This document shows, in pieces, positions 51,656 to 64,000 of a DNA stretch of 64,000 bases (positions are counted from its first letter, which is position 1; every line of letters begins with the position of its first letter). The notes under the pieces were generated by a model. It was not told the DNA's origin and did no database searches. It was given only the letters and a program-made list of their open reading frames with translations. The position numbers and the translations under genes are program-made. Source of the DNA: Octopus vulgaris (lineage: Eukaryota); NCBI GenBank assembly GCA_951406725.2, contig OX597819.1, positions 98,332,001 through 98,396,000 of the forward strand. Direction: 5' to 3'.

Positions 51656-54462
51656 GTATATACAGGCAAACATATACATGATGATGATGAACTCTCCTAT
51701 TAGAGACAAGGTATGAGCATTCAGCTTTTGCTGAACAACCTGCACAAGCGATTTGTTTATAGTGATGAAATGTCTGTGCCATACATTAGCTCACTCTCTC
51801 TATCAAATCAATGTTGTCTGAACAGGTGCACAGTGTACCATGCATCAGGTGTTGATGTGACCGCAGAGCAATATGAGGTGAAGTGTTTTGTTCAAGAACA
51901 CAAGGCACCACTCGGTCTAGGAATTAAAATCACAATTGCTATATCATTGTTGGTGTAGCACCCTAACCACTAAGCCATGCACCTTCATATGTATATGCTG
52001 TGAGCTATTCTATATTGATTTCTAACATAGTATCACAAATTTGGGGATGTTATAGTTGATTAATTCTTAATTAGTACGTTATTGTACTGATCCCTGAAGG
52101 ACAAATAGCAAAAAGTTAACCTGGCAGGATTTAAACTCAGAACATAAGAGTTTTATTAATTTCTGTAGGATATTTTGATTAACAAGCTATTGTTTCTACT
52201 AATCCAATAATAATGGTTTTAAATTTTTGTACAAGGCCAGCAACTTTGAGACGAGGGGCAAGTTGATTAAATCGATCCCAGTATTTGACTGTTTCCTCAA
52301 CCCCCAAAAGGATGAAAGGCAAAGTCAACCTCGGTAGAATTTGAATTCAAAATATAAAGATCTGGAAGAAATACTACTAAGTATCTTTTTTCCAGCATGC
52401 CACTGATTCTACCAGCTCAACAGTAATAGTGGTTTCAAATTTTGGCACAAAGCCAACAATTTAAGGGGAGGTGTAAGTTGAGGATATCGACCCCCAGTGC
52501 TCAACTGGTACTTATTTTATTAACCCCAAAAGGATTAAATGCAAAGTCAACCATGGCAGAATTTGAACTCAGAACATGAAGCTGAATGAAATGTCACTAA
52601 GCATTTTGCCCAGCATGCTAATAATACTGCTAGCTTGCCACCAACAACAGTTTCAAATTTTTACACAAAGTCAGCAGGTTCAAAGAAGGACTAAGTTGAT
52701 TAAATCAACCCCAGTGTTTAACTGGTACTTATTTTTTCAAGCCTTCAGCACACCAGTAATAATGCCAGAAAAAAAAAACCTTTAGGTTTAATTTTGCCGA
52801 TTTGTTAAATATCCATTGTATAGAAATGAGGGAGCTGATGCTTAACTCCAGCTCAATCCCAATGGATTAGATTTATAATCTATAGCATTCCTGTGGTGAA
52901 CAGCTCATCTCGTTTTCAAACCCTAAAGTATATTGGACTACATTTATCCACAGTCCTTTTTTTAAAAGAGATTTGAGAGAAATCTGGCTGTTACTACAAT
53001 CCAGTCAGGTTGAGTGACTGAACAATAGTTTGGAAGTTCATTTATTTCATCATCATCATCATCGTTTAGCGTCCGCTTTCCATGCTGGCATGGGTTGGAC
53101 GGTGCAACTGGGGTCTGGGAAGCCAGAAGGCTGCATTATTTATTTTTATTGTTTTTATCTATAGCACATAACTTATAAATTAGGTACTCTTTTGGTTTAA
53201 AATAACAAAGTGAAAGAAAGTCCTAGACTATTTGGCAATCTCCATAAAGTCTCCAACACAATGGTAAACCAGTGTGCATTTTTGCTGATCCCAACTATAC
53301 ATCAAATTCTACAGATGGCACATGAAACAAGAGTCAAAGAAAAATATCAAACACTATATTTCTAATTTATCTACAAGAATTTTGCTGGCATAGAGCCATG
53401 AAAACAACACACTCAGGAGTTTTTTGAAATGTATTAGACATTAATTCCCTGCAAATTAAACATGTTCGCTTAGCTGTGCAAGAAACTACGCTTGTCAAAC
53501 GTCTCTCAGGATTGCAATCGAAATTCAGTTAGAGACATGTGGCCTAAAGTATTCGCTCAGCAACTTTGACAACTTCAAATCCCAATCCAAAACAATATTG
53601 GAAATAGAGGATCCCAAAACAATCACTAGTTGAAATGTATACTGTCCAAATAGATTACAGTATTGTCTAGATTTCCTTTCTACCGCATGCAAAAGTGCAG
53701 CTGTTGCACATTCAACCACGTGATACCAAGTAAGAGTCTCTATGATTGTTGCATCTCAGATCAAACACTTTCCTTGTTTCCAAAGCAATCATATCATTCC
53801 AGCTAATTTGTACTTATCACTGCGATCAAAGCCGACTGGCTCCAGAATTCTGGTAAACTCTCAAGTTTTAACACTGCGTTCTTTGTTATGCTGAAGACCT
53901 CAGCGTGTTTTGGTAAAGTGCCACAATTAATCTGTAAGATCAACAGGGATACACATCGTTACCCATAAAAGTACCAGACTTGCAACGTATAGTTACATCT
54001 GAGTGGCAAAGCAAATTTGCGGTAGATATATGCAATTCTTCAGGACTCGGCAGATTCCCAATCTCAGCAGATTAAGGGAAAACGGATCCATGTCACATTC
54101 GTGCAGATGTAGCTGTGAATATTCGACTCTTATCATACTGATCGGCATCGATCACAAATAAATCGGTCACATCTCTGTAATTAATATCATCCCACAATCT
54201 GTTTCTATCTCTACTTAGTAATTAGAGTTGTGAGCCGATCTGTGAGAAAATTTGAAGTTGCGTGGAGTACAGCCCTAACTTTTATACGTTTTTTGTCGAC
54301 ATACTTAACAAAAGAAAAGCAGATTTGTTTCAGATTAATTAAATATTTTCGCAGAAATGCATCATATTTATAAATTTAAAAAAATTTACAAAATGTAAAT
54401 AATCTCACCGAATCTTCCCAGTTTTGTCTGTTGTAAGTGTTGGCACTCTTGGAAGTCGCCAT
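37344..54462 (-). CDS. RBM22: Pre-mRNA splicing factor RBM22 (Cwc2/Slt11 family), 9 coding exons, 1311 nt / 436 aa
   Basis: Exons assembled by hand: 54462-54409, 49421-49368, 47317-47155, 46104-46004, 44787-44615, 42740-42540, 41586-41339, 39918-39754, 37495-37344. All introns are GT-AG and phases are consistent. The translation follows RBM22 from [17 protein letters not shown] through the Cys-rich region, CCCH finger, RRM and Pro-rich tail to [11 protein letters not shown]. Confidence 0.97.
38849..39045. mobile_element. TTAA-flanked piggyBac-type MITE (related copies ~38385-38560 and ~62230-62435)
   Basis: ttaa-ccttttagca...tgctgaaggg-ttaa ends; shared internal sequence. Confidence 0.65.
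39754..39918 (-). CDS. RBM22: RBM22 exon 8 (Pro-rich, NYFNL motif)
   Basis: tttccAG acceptor, GTATGA donor. Confidence 0.92.
40682..41081. mobile_element. ~400-bp MITE with 8-bp TSD and internal (CCCTAA)3, in RBM22 intron 7
   Basis: TIR GGATCTTTTCGGTTTGAACGGCAGTTTT at both ends; TSD gatcttat/gatcttac. Confidence 0.9.
41339..41586 (-). CDS. RBM22: RBM22 exon 7 (RRM: [12 protein letters not shown]...LNIKWGRSQ...EPVPGLPG)
   Basis: Within ORF 41262-41603; GTGAGT donor. Confidence 0.95.
42250..42526 (+). mobile_element. RTE-tail short element ending 13 bp from the RBM22 exon 6 donor. Minus-orientation relatives at ~29855-30060, 32630-32800, 33160-33420, 35100-35440, 37650-37800, 48225-48400, 51420-51610, 53048-53135 and 58620-58702.
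   Basis: ggagtggttggcgt.aggaagggcatccagctgtagaaac...catggaaaacggacgttaaa(gat)n. Confidence 0.8.
42540..42740 (-). CDS. RBM22: RBM22 exon 6 ([22 protein letters not shown]...TTLYVGNLG)
   Basis: tgtAG acceptor, GTAAGT donor; start of RRM. Confidence 0.95.
42840..43400. repeat. Degenerate ~30-bp minisatellite in RBM22 intron 5
   Basis: Recurring gtgtgttg(c/t)atgcag(a/g)gtatagtgtata(t/c)acag units. Confidence 0.65.
43420..43720 (+). mobile_element. Old RTE LINE 3' remnant in RBM22 intron 5
   Basis: Decayed similarity to 31130-31400 (gtggacacatg...aaaagtgtcac...agaggaaaaccaagaaggat..ggatgaagtg). Confidence 0.55.
44615..44787 (-). CDS. RBM22: RBM22 exon 5 (INNSDG...[24 protein letters not shown] zinc finger)
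   Basis: Within ORF 44611-44928; canonical splice sites. Confidence 0.95.
46004..46104 (-). CDS. RBM22: RBM22 exon 4 ([11 protein letters not shown]...YYTQNIERE)
   Basis: ttgcAG acceptor, GTAAGT donor, conserved peptide. Confidence 0.95.
47155..47317 (-). CDS. RBM22: RBM22 exon 3 ([16 protein letters not shown]...CLLDLDYG)
   Basis: Within ORF 47063-47506; cAG acceptor, GTTGGT donor. Confidence 0.95.
47705..48121. mobile_element. Second copy of the same MITE, in RBM22 intron 2
   Basis: Same TIRs and body; perfect TSD ACAACAAG at 47697-47704 and 48122-48129. Confidence 0.9.
49368..49421 (-). CDS. RBM22: RBM22 exon 2 ([18 protein letters not shown])
   Basis: tttttccAG acceptor, GTAAGG donor, conserved peptide. 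Confidence 0.95.
49701..51385 (+). mobile_element. 5'-truncated CR1-group LINE, RT region uninterrupted, antisense in RBM22 intron 1
   Basis: ORF 49621-51306 carries [39 protein letters not shown] and the CR1-type C-terminus TRGHAYK...[10 protein letters not shown]. Short 3'UTR and (TTA)n tail; flanked by (TA)n. Confidence 0.93.
52015..52740 (-). mobile_element. Head-to-tail array of 3-4 SINE copies in RBM22 intron 1
   Basis: ~205-220-bp units, each starting (gg)tttcaaattttggcacaa on the plus strand. Confidence 0.75.
53300..54250 (-). mobile_element. Possible decayed hAT transposase relic in RBM22 intron 1
   Basis: Weak remnants only (PC..x.LIV-like; [16 protein letters not shown]-like); no TIRs identified. 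Confidence 0.25.
54409..54462 (-). CDS. RBM22: RBM22 exon 1 ([18 protein letters not shown])
   Basis: ATG at 54462-54460; donor GTGAGA. Confidence 0.95.
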
Positions 54463-54850
54463 ATTGCTGTTCACTCTATACAAACAAAGGTGATTACAAA
54501 ATGCAATGCAATACGAAACGAAACATTACTATAATTAATAAATAATATAAATATCAAGTATTTATATAAAATTAACAATTTTTTTTCAAATCAAAATATT
54601 TTGGTTATAATTATAAAACATTTATTAATATGTAAAATTAAAATTAGATTCAATATCATAACTATATTATATATTTCAGCGGAAACGTTGTGCTTTTAGA
54701 GACAACCTGACCTGTTTCTGTGGTTCTATATCCGGGTGAAGCACTCTAATTGTTGTAGGTCAGTTGATGTTTACTAAACAGAACATGTAGCAGTCTCCAG
54801 GACTTTTTCACTAAATATCTACAACTATCTGTGATACCCATGAAGGTAAA
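54463..54850. promoter_or_regulatory. RBM22 promoter; probable bidirectional promoter with a candidate first exon of a plus-strand gene
   Basis: Directly upstream of the RBM22 ATG. An AT-rich spacer is followed by unique sequence with a GCGGAAA motif, ending in ATGAAG|GTAAAT (54840-54851). Confidence 0.5.
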
Positions 54851-55247
54851 TACATCTATTTTCTATTGTAGTTCCATCCAAGCCCATCACACTCTCAATA
54901 CATTCGCAAATGTTTTTATATAGATTTGCTATATTTTTTATAAATGTAGACAAATAGGCGATCTTTCACAAATATGTATATTTATATATAGTTCCTTGTC
55001 TACTTTGTGTTTGTATACACGTGCGGGTGTGTTCAAATATGCACGCACACACACACACACATATATATATACACAAACGCACACAGAGTAGAGCGTGCGA
55101 GAAGGAAAATTATTTTTGTTCTCGTAAACAATAGATATAGACTAATTCATTCATCTGTTATTGGTGCAAACTAGTCGTATATAAATCTGTAGATGCGATT
55201 CTTTATTTAAGATACATACTGGTGCAGTGTTATATATGTATGTATGT

Positions 55248-55364
<117 letters not shown>

Positions 55365-55425
55365 CAGACAGATAGGTAAATAGATAGATTCTATATAGGT
55401 AGATAGACTATATATAGATCGATAG

Positions 55426-55493
<68 letters not shown>

Positions 55494-55890
55494 GAACAAT
55501 AGATGTATAGGAATATAGATAGATAGATAGACTGGCTGTATTTATGCATACATATACCTACACACATGTTGAAAACGCGTACTTTTCACCCTAAATAAGA
55601 CAAACTTGCTAATGAACAAACCCCAGACTGCAGATTAAATCTGTAACAATAAGAAACTGATCAACTCAAACGTATTTAGCATGTAGCAGTGATACAGGAA
55701 TAAAGCACACCAGGTTTATTTCATGAATATTTTAACACCCTCATCTGACTGGTCTATCTATCTATCTGTTTGTCTGTCTATCTATATATCTATCTATCCT
55801 ATCTGTCTGTCTGTGTGTGTGTAGTATTCGGGCGTAGGTTTAAAAGTTTGTATGAAGATAGATCGACATTTCCAAGCTTATTTACAATAC

Positions 55891-58800
55891 TTTAGTGTCG
55901 ATGGGTGAAATGTAGTCGTTCCAAACCTTAATAAACAAAATGAAATCTCACTGAGCATACTTATAAAGACGTTCCAGTTGTGACCGTCCTGTCTTTGTCT
56001 TCCTATATTTTAAATTTATTTTTTCAAGACGTATAGTGTATCTAAGGCTATATCTATCTATAGTTGCATATTTCTTCCTGAAAACAAAGATCGCCCATTT
56101 ATTCACCATATACATTCTGTTGTTAAGACTAGGGTATGGTCTGAAGGAGATTTGACTGTTATTTCTTGCATATTGAGTTACTACGCAGAGGCTCCCTCGT
56201 TGGTTCGGAATAGCTACGACGTAGTGACCAGTGGTCAAGCTACCTCTACGATTTGCGTAATAATAATAATTGAATCGTTTCAAATTTTGGCACAATAATA
56301 AAATAATAATGCTCTCTCACTCCCAACTTTTTTTTTACTTCTGGGGAATAACTGTGCTCATTGCGTATATTTCGCAGTCCCCACTGCTAACACAAATCGA
56401 GTACTTTTCGTCTCTCTGATCCAAACGTGTGTACACACGCACACACAGTGTGTGTGTGAGTCACATTCATGCAATCGCATAATTAGGGAATCCATAATCC
56501 AAGGAGGAACTCAATACATTTGGATTGTAGAATATACTTAATTTATTAAGAGCAATATCTTAGGGACCTCAGATAGACATGCACAATCACGTGTTAAAGT
56601 TTATTTTTTTGTCAACAATCATTTATTTATCCTACGTACCCCATTATGTAACACGTAGTCGTGAACTCGCCTCTCACACACACACACGCGCGCACACAGA
56701 CTCGTCTGCTGAGTCATTAGCTGTAAATAAACCAGTAAACATGGGAAAGCAAGGGAGCCTCTACGTGATAGCGCTGCCTGCTAGTTGTAGCAACTAAAGC
56801 GCCCCCAAATCACATGATACTATCTTCAAAACAATGCACACATTGGATGATATCGTCTTAGACATACCCTAAAGACGGATTGGTCACGGCTGGAATGTCT
56901 CTGATTATAGGTCTGCTGGATCGTGTCTGGACTAGGGCTAACTCACATAACCAGTTCTTTGTCTTGTGAATCACATATTATAATTTGCATATTTAATCTA
57001 ATTTATTTCTTATGTTTTTCCCCCCACTATAATCATCGACAGCTTAACTACAGACGGAACCAGCTATTTTACGCAATCATCGGAATTAAAATTTCTAGTT
57101 AATTAGTATTATTTGTCAGTATTATTATTATAACTACTTAACAAACATTAAATCCTAAATAGAATGACTGCTTATGTAAAAAAAAAAAAAATGCGAGAGG
57201 ACTTGTGTACTTGGTGCAAAGTAGTCTGTAGATTTACCGTTGTAAATACTGTGGGACAAGGAAGTCTGTTATAATAGATGGGTCCTGGATTGAGGACCCG
57301 TCTTTGGTGATTCATAATCAATAGGATCGAACCTAGTTTGTTATTGATATTATTTTAGCACGAGTGAATGAGTAGGCCATCCTATGATCGTTGGATCCAT
57401 TAAAAAACAATATCTTCCTTGCTTTACGTTGCTACTAGACTTGCTAGAAACATGAACCAAATCTTCCTTAAGTCATCCTCCCCCCACACTCCTATAGTCT
57501 TGGAAACGAAGTATTTGTCTATGTTACCCCACATACATGGTCAGTACTGGACTGCTTTGGTTCATAGACTTGCTTGATCATGACTGACGTAGAGCTACAC
57601 ACCTATTTTATTTACCTGTAAAAGATTGAAAAGACAAATCGGAAATGAAGGTGAGAATCAGATGTCGAGTCACAGGATCCACTGTTAAAGTAGAGACAAT
57701 ATTAGTTGATGTTTCAGAGATTTTATCGGAGGAGGAAGGGTAGTGAGCATTAATTTTTTAATGCCTTCCCACGATGTTGTTTGACCCCAATTTATATTTT
57801 GATCCAGCTGTACCTTAGCAATGTATTATCTAATGCTGTGTTCCGTAACCTTTTTTCACTTACGGTACACTTATATTCTTTTCAAAATTCGGCGGCACAC
57901 CTGAACTAAAAAGATAACTAAAGGTATAGGGAGAGAAAGAAATCGTATTCAGGTTACACTGTGACACACCTAACATCGTAACGTGACACACCTTTGCGCC
58001 GCGGTATACTGGTTGCGGAGCACTGATCAATTGTTATATTTATGATTGCCAGTCTTAGCAGACCGAGCTCCCACATACTGGCTCCATATAGGTTTCTTTC
58101 AAAAACACAGTGTAAATATTTGTTAATATAGTAAAGAGAGCTATATTGTGCTTTGTGTTACACACAAATAGTTTTAAACCTTTAGGATTGTATCGTTAAT
58201 GAAAACAATGATTTTTTAAATAAATTATTTAAAAAGAGGGAAAAGGTAAAGGGAGACAACTTCGAAGTATAATTTAAAATTAAATATGATGAAATGGGTT
58301 GGGGGCGAGGAGTGAATGTGGTATTTAGTTATATGATGACAAATCGGGATACGTTCCGGCCTTATTAGACCTCACCATGCAAATAGTTTAATCCTAGAAT
58401 AACTAAGGAAGTGTGTAGGATTGTTGGTGTGTGTAAAAAGAATATCTGAAAATTGGCTTATCAACTTCAACGGAGCGTATGCATACACACACACACACAT
58501 TTATATTTAGAAGGTTGTTTGTTTTGGCTGGTCAGAGAGTGACCATTGGTTTCGTACCTATAAAGCACTTAACTGTATAGGTGACTTATCAAACTAAAGT
58601 GGCTGGTGGCACATAGTTTATTATCACCATCGTTTAACGTCCGTTTTCCATGCTAGCATGGGTTGGACGGTTCGACCTGGGTCTGGGAAGCCAGAAGGCT
58701 GCCAATACATATATACATCTTTGTTTTCGGGAAGAAATACGCAACTATAGATAGATATAGCCTTAGATACACTATATGTCTTGAAAAAATAAATTAAAAA

Positions 58801-58917
58801 AATAGGAAGACAAAGACAGGACGGTCACAACTGGAACGTCTTTATAAGTATGTGCAGTGAGACTTCATTTTGTTTATTAAGGTTTGGAATGACTACATTC
58901 CTACCATCAACACTAAA
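55891..58917. repeat. ~200-bp inverted duplication (55891-56091 vs 58717-58917)
   Basis: Near-identical reverse complements, checked by eye. Confidence 0.88.
57836..58025. mobile_element. hAT (Charlie-like) MITE remnant
   Basis: ctgtgttccgtaacc ... cggcacac ... ggttgcggagcactg termini. Confidence 0.5.
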
Positions 58918-58919
58918 AT

Positions 58920-59930
58920 TGGAAGCAAGAGTAGTTTAGACATCACAACTAAGTCTGTTCTAGAGCACCTCCATAACAGCGAATTATCCATGTCTTTTGT
59001 GATCTTTGTGTATATTCAGGGTTGAATGTTTTTGTTAAGTTTTTCAGTAAATGTGACATCTCTATTCAGTGAACCAACCACTGAGGTGGAAGCTACTCTG
59101 TTTTGGTAGTAACCTTTTGTTGGACAGAAACATATAACCCTCATTAGGAGGCAGTTGTATAATCAATGACCTTTAAATGCCAAACAATTGTTGTCTAGGT
59201 TCCTGCATGGGTTTGAAAGAAGACAATCATAAGATCTGACAGAACTTTCTTGCATTCCAAAGTTTGGATCAAGATTTTTATGAATTCTTCCATGTATATA
59301 ATTTTAGCATATTTTTCCAGCAACATTTGAAAGATAGGAATCGTGATGTGTAAATGCACTCCTTGTAGTTAAGAAGCAGTCTCCAACCTTTTTCTTTTTT
59401 AATCCTTTTTCCAGCCTCTCCAATTGTATTTCTTTGAAATCTTAGTGTACGATAGGGATTTTCATTGTCAACATTACTGTCTGGTCCCTTGCATTGAATG
59501 TTCTCACTACCCTGTCACTAAACTTTCAACAAGTTATTGACAGTTTGTGACTATGTTTAAAGAAACCTATATCTTCAGACATAGCTATTTCCCAAGTTAT
59601 GAACATGTTCAGAGTTTCAAATTATTTCCTTACTTGGGACAAAGCAGAACATTCCATAGGGGATAACTTCCTATAACAGAGGCTATGAAATTGTATGGCA
59701 CTGAACAACATGATTTTGGCATTCACTCAGTTGTATATGACTTTGGGACATTTTTGAAGTGCATAGTTGTCATCATTTTATTAGCATTTATATTGATATT
59801 AGGCATCCTTTTGGTGTTCTCTGCGTAGCTGCTGAGTGTGGCCAATTGAATATTTTTGTCTGTATCAGGCAATATTATGAAGAACAAAAGAATACCTTAT
59901 ACAAAAGGTAACCTTATGGTACTCCATTTA
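58920..59930 (-). mobile_element. Possible ancient non-LTR retrotransposon remnant
   Basis: Coding-like, purine-rich minus strand with many stops; weak resemblance to a LINE RT C-terminal region. Confidence 0.25.
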
Positions 59931-62900
59931 TTACCACTGTCTTTTCAAATAAGTATCTGTTGATTTAAGCTTGCTTCCCAACCACGTGGTTCCAGGTTCA
60001 GTCCCACCGTGTGGCACCTTGGGCAAGTGTTTTCTACTATAGCTTCAAGCTGAGCAAACCCTTATGAGTGGATTTGGTCGATGAAACTGAAAGAAGCCCT
60101 TGACTTTGTGTCTGTGTTTGTCCCCCTATCATTGCTTAACAACTAGCATTGGTGTGTTTACATCCCCATAACTTAGTGGTTCAGCAAAAGAGACCGATGA
60201 AATAAGTACTATGCTTAAATAAGTCCTGAGGTCGATTTGTTCAATTAAAACCCTTCAAGATGGTGCTCCAGTATGGCTGCAGTCCAATGACTGAAACAAG
60301 TAAAAGAATAAATTCATTACAAGAGCCTCACAATTTCCTTCTATTTTCTGCTTTGACCAAGGACTCTGCTGTTCAAGATGTTAAAATTCTTTCTTTCTGG
60401 TGTACAAACTAATTCCATTTTATGAATTTTATCCACCTGATATTTGCTGGCATACACCATCTCTGGTGTTCTGTTGAGTCTGACTGTTGTTTGACTCTGT
60501 TGAGCACTAAGTGAATAAGCCAATAAAAGAAGGTACTACAACTGTGACCATCTCATCTTTATTTCAAGAATTGATGTAGATTATATTATTCAGTAGGTCT
60601 TTTTTTTTTAAGGTAGTGGGACATGATTTGAAAGCAATTCGGCTGTTATTTCTAGCAAGTTGAGCCACCAGATTAAAGCTCCATTTTATGGCAGGAGCTG
60701 TTTGTGTATTCCAGTTTCACCAGATCTGTCCAAGCTAACCCAACAACAATTACATCATATATGGCCTTACAATAGTTAGCACTAGCCTAAACCTTGCTTA
60801 TTAAATAATTTGTTAATAGTTGATATACTAGTAACCAGTCATTGGTATTTTCTCCTCATGTTAGCTCTGATCAGTGGTGGCTCATAGATGAAATTTTGGG
60901 GGTGCTGCTTCAGAAAATTTTTAACTGTTGTTTTAATATTATTTAAAAAGAAACAAACATATAAGAGGAATATTTATACATAAACTTGATCGGTTCATAT
61001 TTTAGCCACTGCCTGGTAGTGTGAACACCACTGCGAATTCCCCCTTATTTTTCACCCCCCCCCCCCCATAAATCACAAAATAAGGGGGAAATCTGCCCTA
61101 TTTTTCAAATCCTGGCAGCAACACTGAAGCTGAAAGCAAGATAATAATCTAATTCTACACCTTATCACATTCAAGTTTTTAAGCACAATAGATGCAGAGT
61201 CAAAAAGAAACACTAGCTTTCACCAGCACTGCATGAATGACAGTGCTCTCCCTCCCTAACTTGAAGCTTCCTATCTCAGACATGTAAGCATGTGCACAAC
61301 AGCCAAACACTGCGTTGCTAGAACTGTGAAGTGCACAGTTCTATTCAAGGATTTTTATATTTTTTTTCATAAACTAGGGAATGGCTACTGACATTAAGCT
61401 TAAGGGTTATATAATGTACAAGTATAAAGAAAGAATCAAAGAAAAAAAGGACTCATATTGAATGTTATCAATAATATTGAGTGGAAATAAAGGTGCTGCA
61501 GTTCCACAGTGCCTATACACGATCTGCCACTGGCTCTGATCGAACTCATCTTCCTTTGATCAAAGCTATTCCAGCCATGACCACCCAATCTTTTATCGTA
61601 AATAGAGTACACCAATTTTATTATCCAAAATGCCCTTATTAAAGACAAATGCTATTTCTAGCAGACTGAGATATTATATAGATGCTCTTTGTTAGTTTGG
61701 CATAACTAACGATGATGTTGATGTTAGTGATATTATGGTATCATTATTATTAAAAGGTGAAAGCAATTAACTGCAGAGCCATTAGTTCCTGGCAGCATCT
61801 TGTCTGTCTTTACATTCTGTGTTCAAATTCTTCTGAGGTCAGCATTGCCTTTCATACTTTCATGGTCAATAAGACAAAGTAGCAGTCAAGTGCTATGACT
61901 GATCTATTCAACTAAACCCCTCCCCTCAAAAACTACTGCTCCTGCACCAAAATTTAAAACCATGCTTATTGAAAGGTGAGATAGTGAGGGTGCAGTCTGG
62001 CCATGGGAAGTTTTCAGTGTTTACAGACTGTCATCATTTACAGCATCCCTATATCTTCTACTATCTCTGTTCTGGACAGAACTGACGATTATTTACAGAT
62101 TTGGTTGTCAGTATCAGATACAAACAAACAAACACACACACTCTCTCTCTCTCACAGTGACTAAATTTCTCTGACATTAGTGTGGAACAGTGGTATAGGA
62201 ATTCCTACATGACCTGGTGGCTAATACTTTACCGTTTAAACCAGCCATATCCGGCCCAAATATTCTTCCTGTATTATGTTCGAACTAGCCAGATTTGGCT
62301 TCTTATACCTACCCTACTATGCCATTCCTAAAGTAAAGAATCCCATCATTGTAATCTCAAAGCTACAAGACAATGCATGAATAATTCGCAATAATGTAAT
62401 TATGTAAGCATTACATTTGATAATCTGAATGTTAAGGTATTGGGCTCATGATCATATGGTCTTGGGTTTGATTCCTGGAGCAGCAATGTGATGTGTCCTT
62501 GAACAAGGCTATTATTTCATGTTGCTCTGATCTAATCAGCTGAAATTGAGTACCAACCAGGTGCTGGTGCAGGTTTCTCTCTCTTCAGCTATGATATCCT
62601 TGACATTCCACCAAGTGAATGTTGTGAGTGCTGAGAGGATGCCTATATCTTCTCACAGTACACAGGCTGCTAAAACTAGTGAAAATATGGTACATGCTAT
62701 CAACTCATACTCAGTGATGGCTATGATATGATTTGTACACCATTGTTGTTGTTTCCTTCTGTTAGTCAAATATTGATGGAATCTGTGATTGTTCTAGGAA
62801 TTTTGTTTTTGTTTCTTTTCTGTTTTCTGTGTAGTTTATGGATGCATTACATCTAACTTCAAATAATTTTGTCTTCTGTGTATGTTATATGTCTGTGTTG

Positions 62901-63642
62901 CTTTGTTTTGTTGATTGTTACAGCTGGTTATATTTGATGTTTTCTGGCTTTGCTTGTAGAAGAAATATTGTTTTTGTATAAACCTGATCTGCTTTGCTCA
63001 AGTAGCCCCTGGCATGCAAGTAGTTGGCTAAGTAAGTGTAGTCAATAAATCTATTCCAGTTACACATATCTCCACCTAACAGACAACCATAGTTCACATC
63101 CCAACATGCACTGAGCTGCAGTGCTACAGTATGGATTTGATATGAATATTGTTGTTTTGGTGACAGGTTTCTCAGTTAGTGAGATAAAGACTAGAGTAAT
63201 GATGCAGTAGCTGTATCTAGGAAATTATAAGAGCCAGTAAAAGAGGCTCTATAGAGTTGCTTGATTTGCTAGAATTAGCAGACAAATCACTTTGAAACTA
63301 CTCCCTACCTTACTAACCCTTTGCCTGTGTATCACATCTGATAACATAGAACATACTTTCTCTGCATCATATATGATACACATTTCCAGTTTTTTTTTTG
63401 CAATCACTTGGGACTTATGAAGGAAAGGAAAGCTTTATATTACTCAGAATGTATGAAACAGGAGTTAGTTAAAAGTCTGAAAACAAGGATGGATGTTTAG
63501 GATAAGCATACAAAAATACTTTGGACAGGCAAAGAGTTAATAAAAAAAAACAAATACATTGAATAATTCAAAATTGAAGTCAGAGTTTTGTGGTTCGGAA
63601 CAAGCTACTTCACAGCTCTACTTACTTTTGTTTCTTGACCAG

Positions 63643-63739
63643 CAGAAAAGAGGCTCTAGTCTGCTTTACATTTTTGTGGTTGATGGAAATGAAGACATCG
63701 AAGTGTCATGGCAAATGCCCCAACAACAAACTGTGCTAT
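63643..63739 (+). other. Candidate exon of an unidentified plus-strand gene
   Basis: Pyrimidine tract cttttgtttcttgaccAG; open frames (QKRGSSLLYIFVVDGNEDIEVSWQMP... or gtcATGGCA MANAPTTNCA); donor GTATGT at 63740. No homology recognised. Confidence 0.35.
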
Positions 63740-64000
63740 GTATGTCATTATGTAGATGTTAAAAAGGCAGCGAGCGGGTAAAATGCATAGTGGTATTTTG
63801 CCATCGCTATGTTCTGAATTCAAATTCTGCCTTTCATCTTTTCAGGGTCCATAAATTAAGTACCATTTGTGTACTGGGGTTGATGTAATCAACTATCTCC
63901 CACCCCTGAATTTCAGGCCTCATGCCTATAGTGGAAAAGATTATGTAGATGTTAAACTGTGAAAAATAAATTCCAAATGACATCATTTTAACTTCACTTT

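Noticed and set aside
37496-54408. U12-type introns or intronic snoRNAs in RBM22
   Set aside because: All eight donors are ordinary U2-type, and no convincing C/D or H/ACA structure was seen by eye.
58335-58385. Additional hammerhead-like motif on the minus strand (aTGgTGA-ggtc-taataa-ggcc-GgAAcgTA)
   Set aside because: Three core mismatches and no stem I pairing; at best a dead relic.

Overview
AT-rich, microsatellite-dense animal genomic DNA. The repeat families and gene structure point to a coleoid cephalopod such as Octopus (inference). It contains a complete 9-exon RBM22 splicing-factor gene on the minus strand (CDS 54462->37344, 436 aa, all GT-AG introns, phases consistent) and the terminal Orange-domain exon of a HELT-like bHLH-O gene on the plus strand (9808-10511). 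A divergent gene may start near 54.7-54.85 kb. The rest is transposon-derived: a mellifera-type mariner, two maT-like elements, Helitron pieces, a Chapaev3-like relic, a CR1-type LINE with an open RT frame inside RBM22 intron 1, RTE fragments, MITEs and many SINEs. The most unusual signal is a recurring minimal type-I hammerhead-ribozyme-like motif (CUGANGA-stem-GAAA-short palindrome-UH) in at least five unrelated short repeats. One of these is a TSD-bounded element joining a tRNA/Pol III head to the hammerhead, with a Penelope-style 5' inverted duplication (11133-11622): a candidate Penelope-mobilised, ribozyme-bearing SINE or retrozyme-like family. All calls are by eye; no alignments or folding were run.
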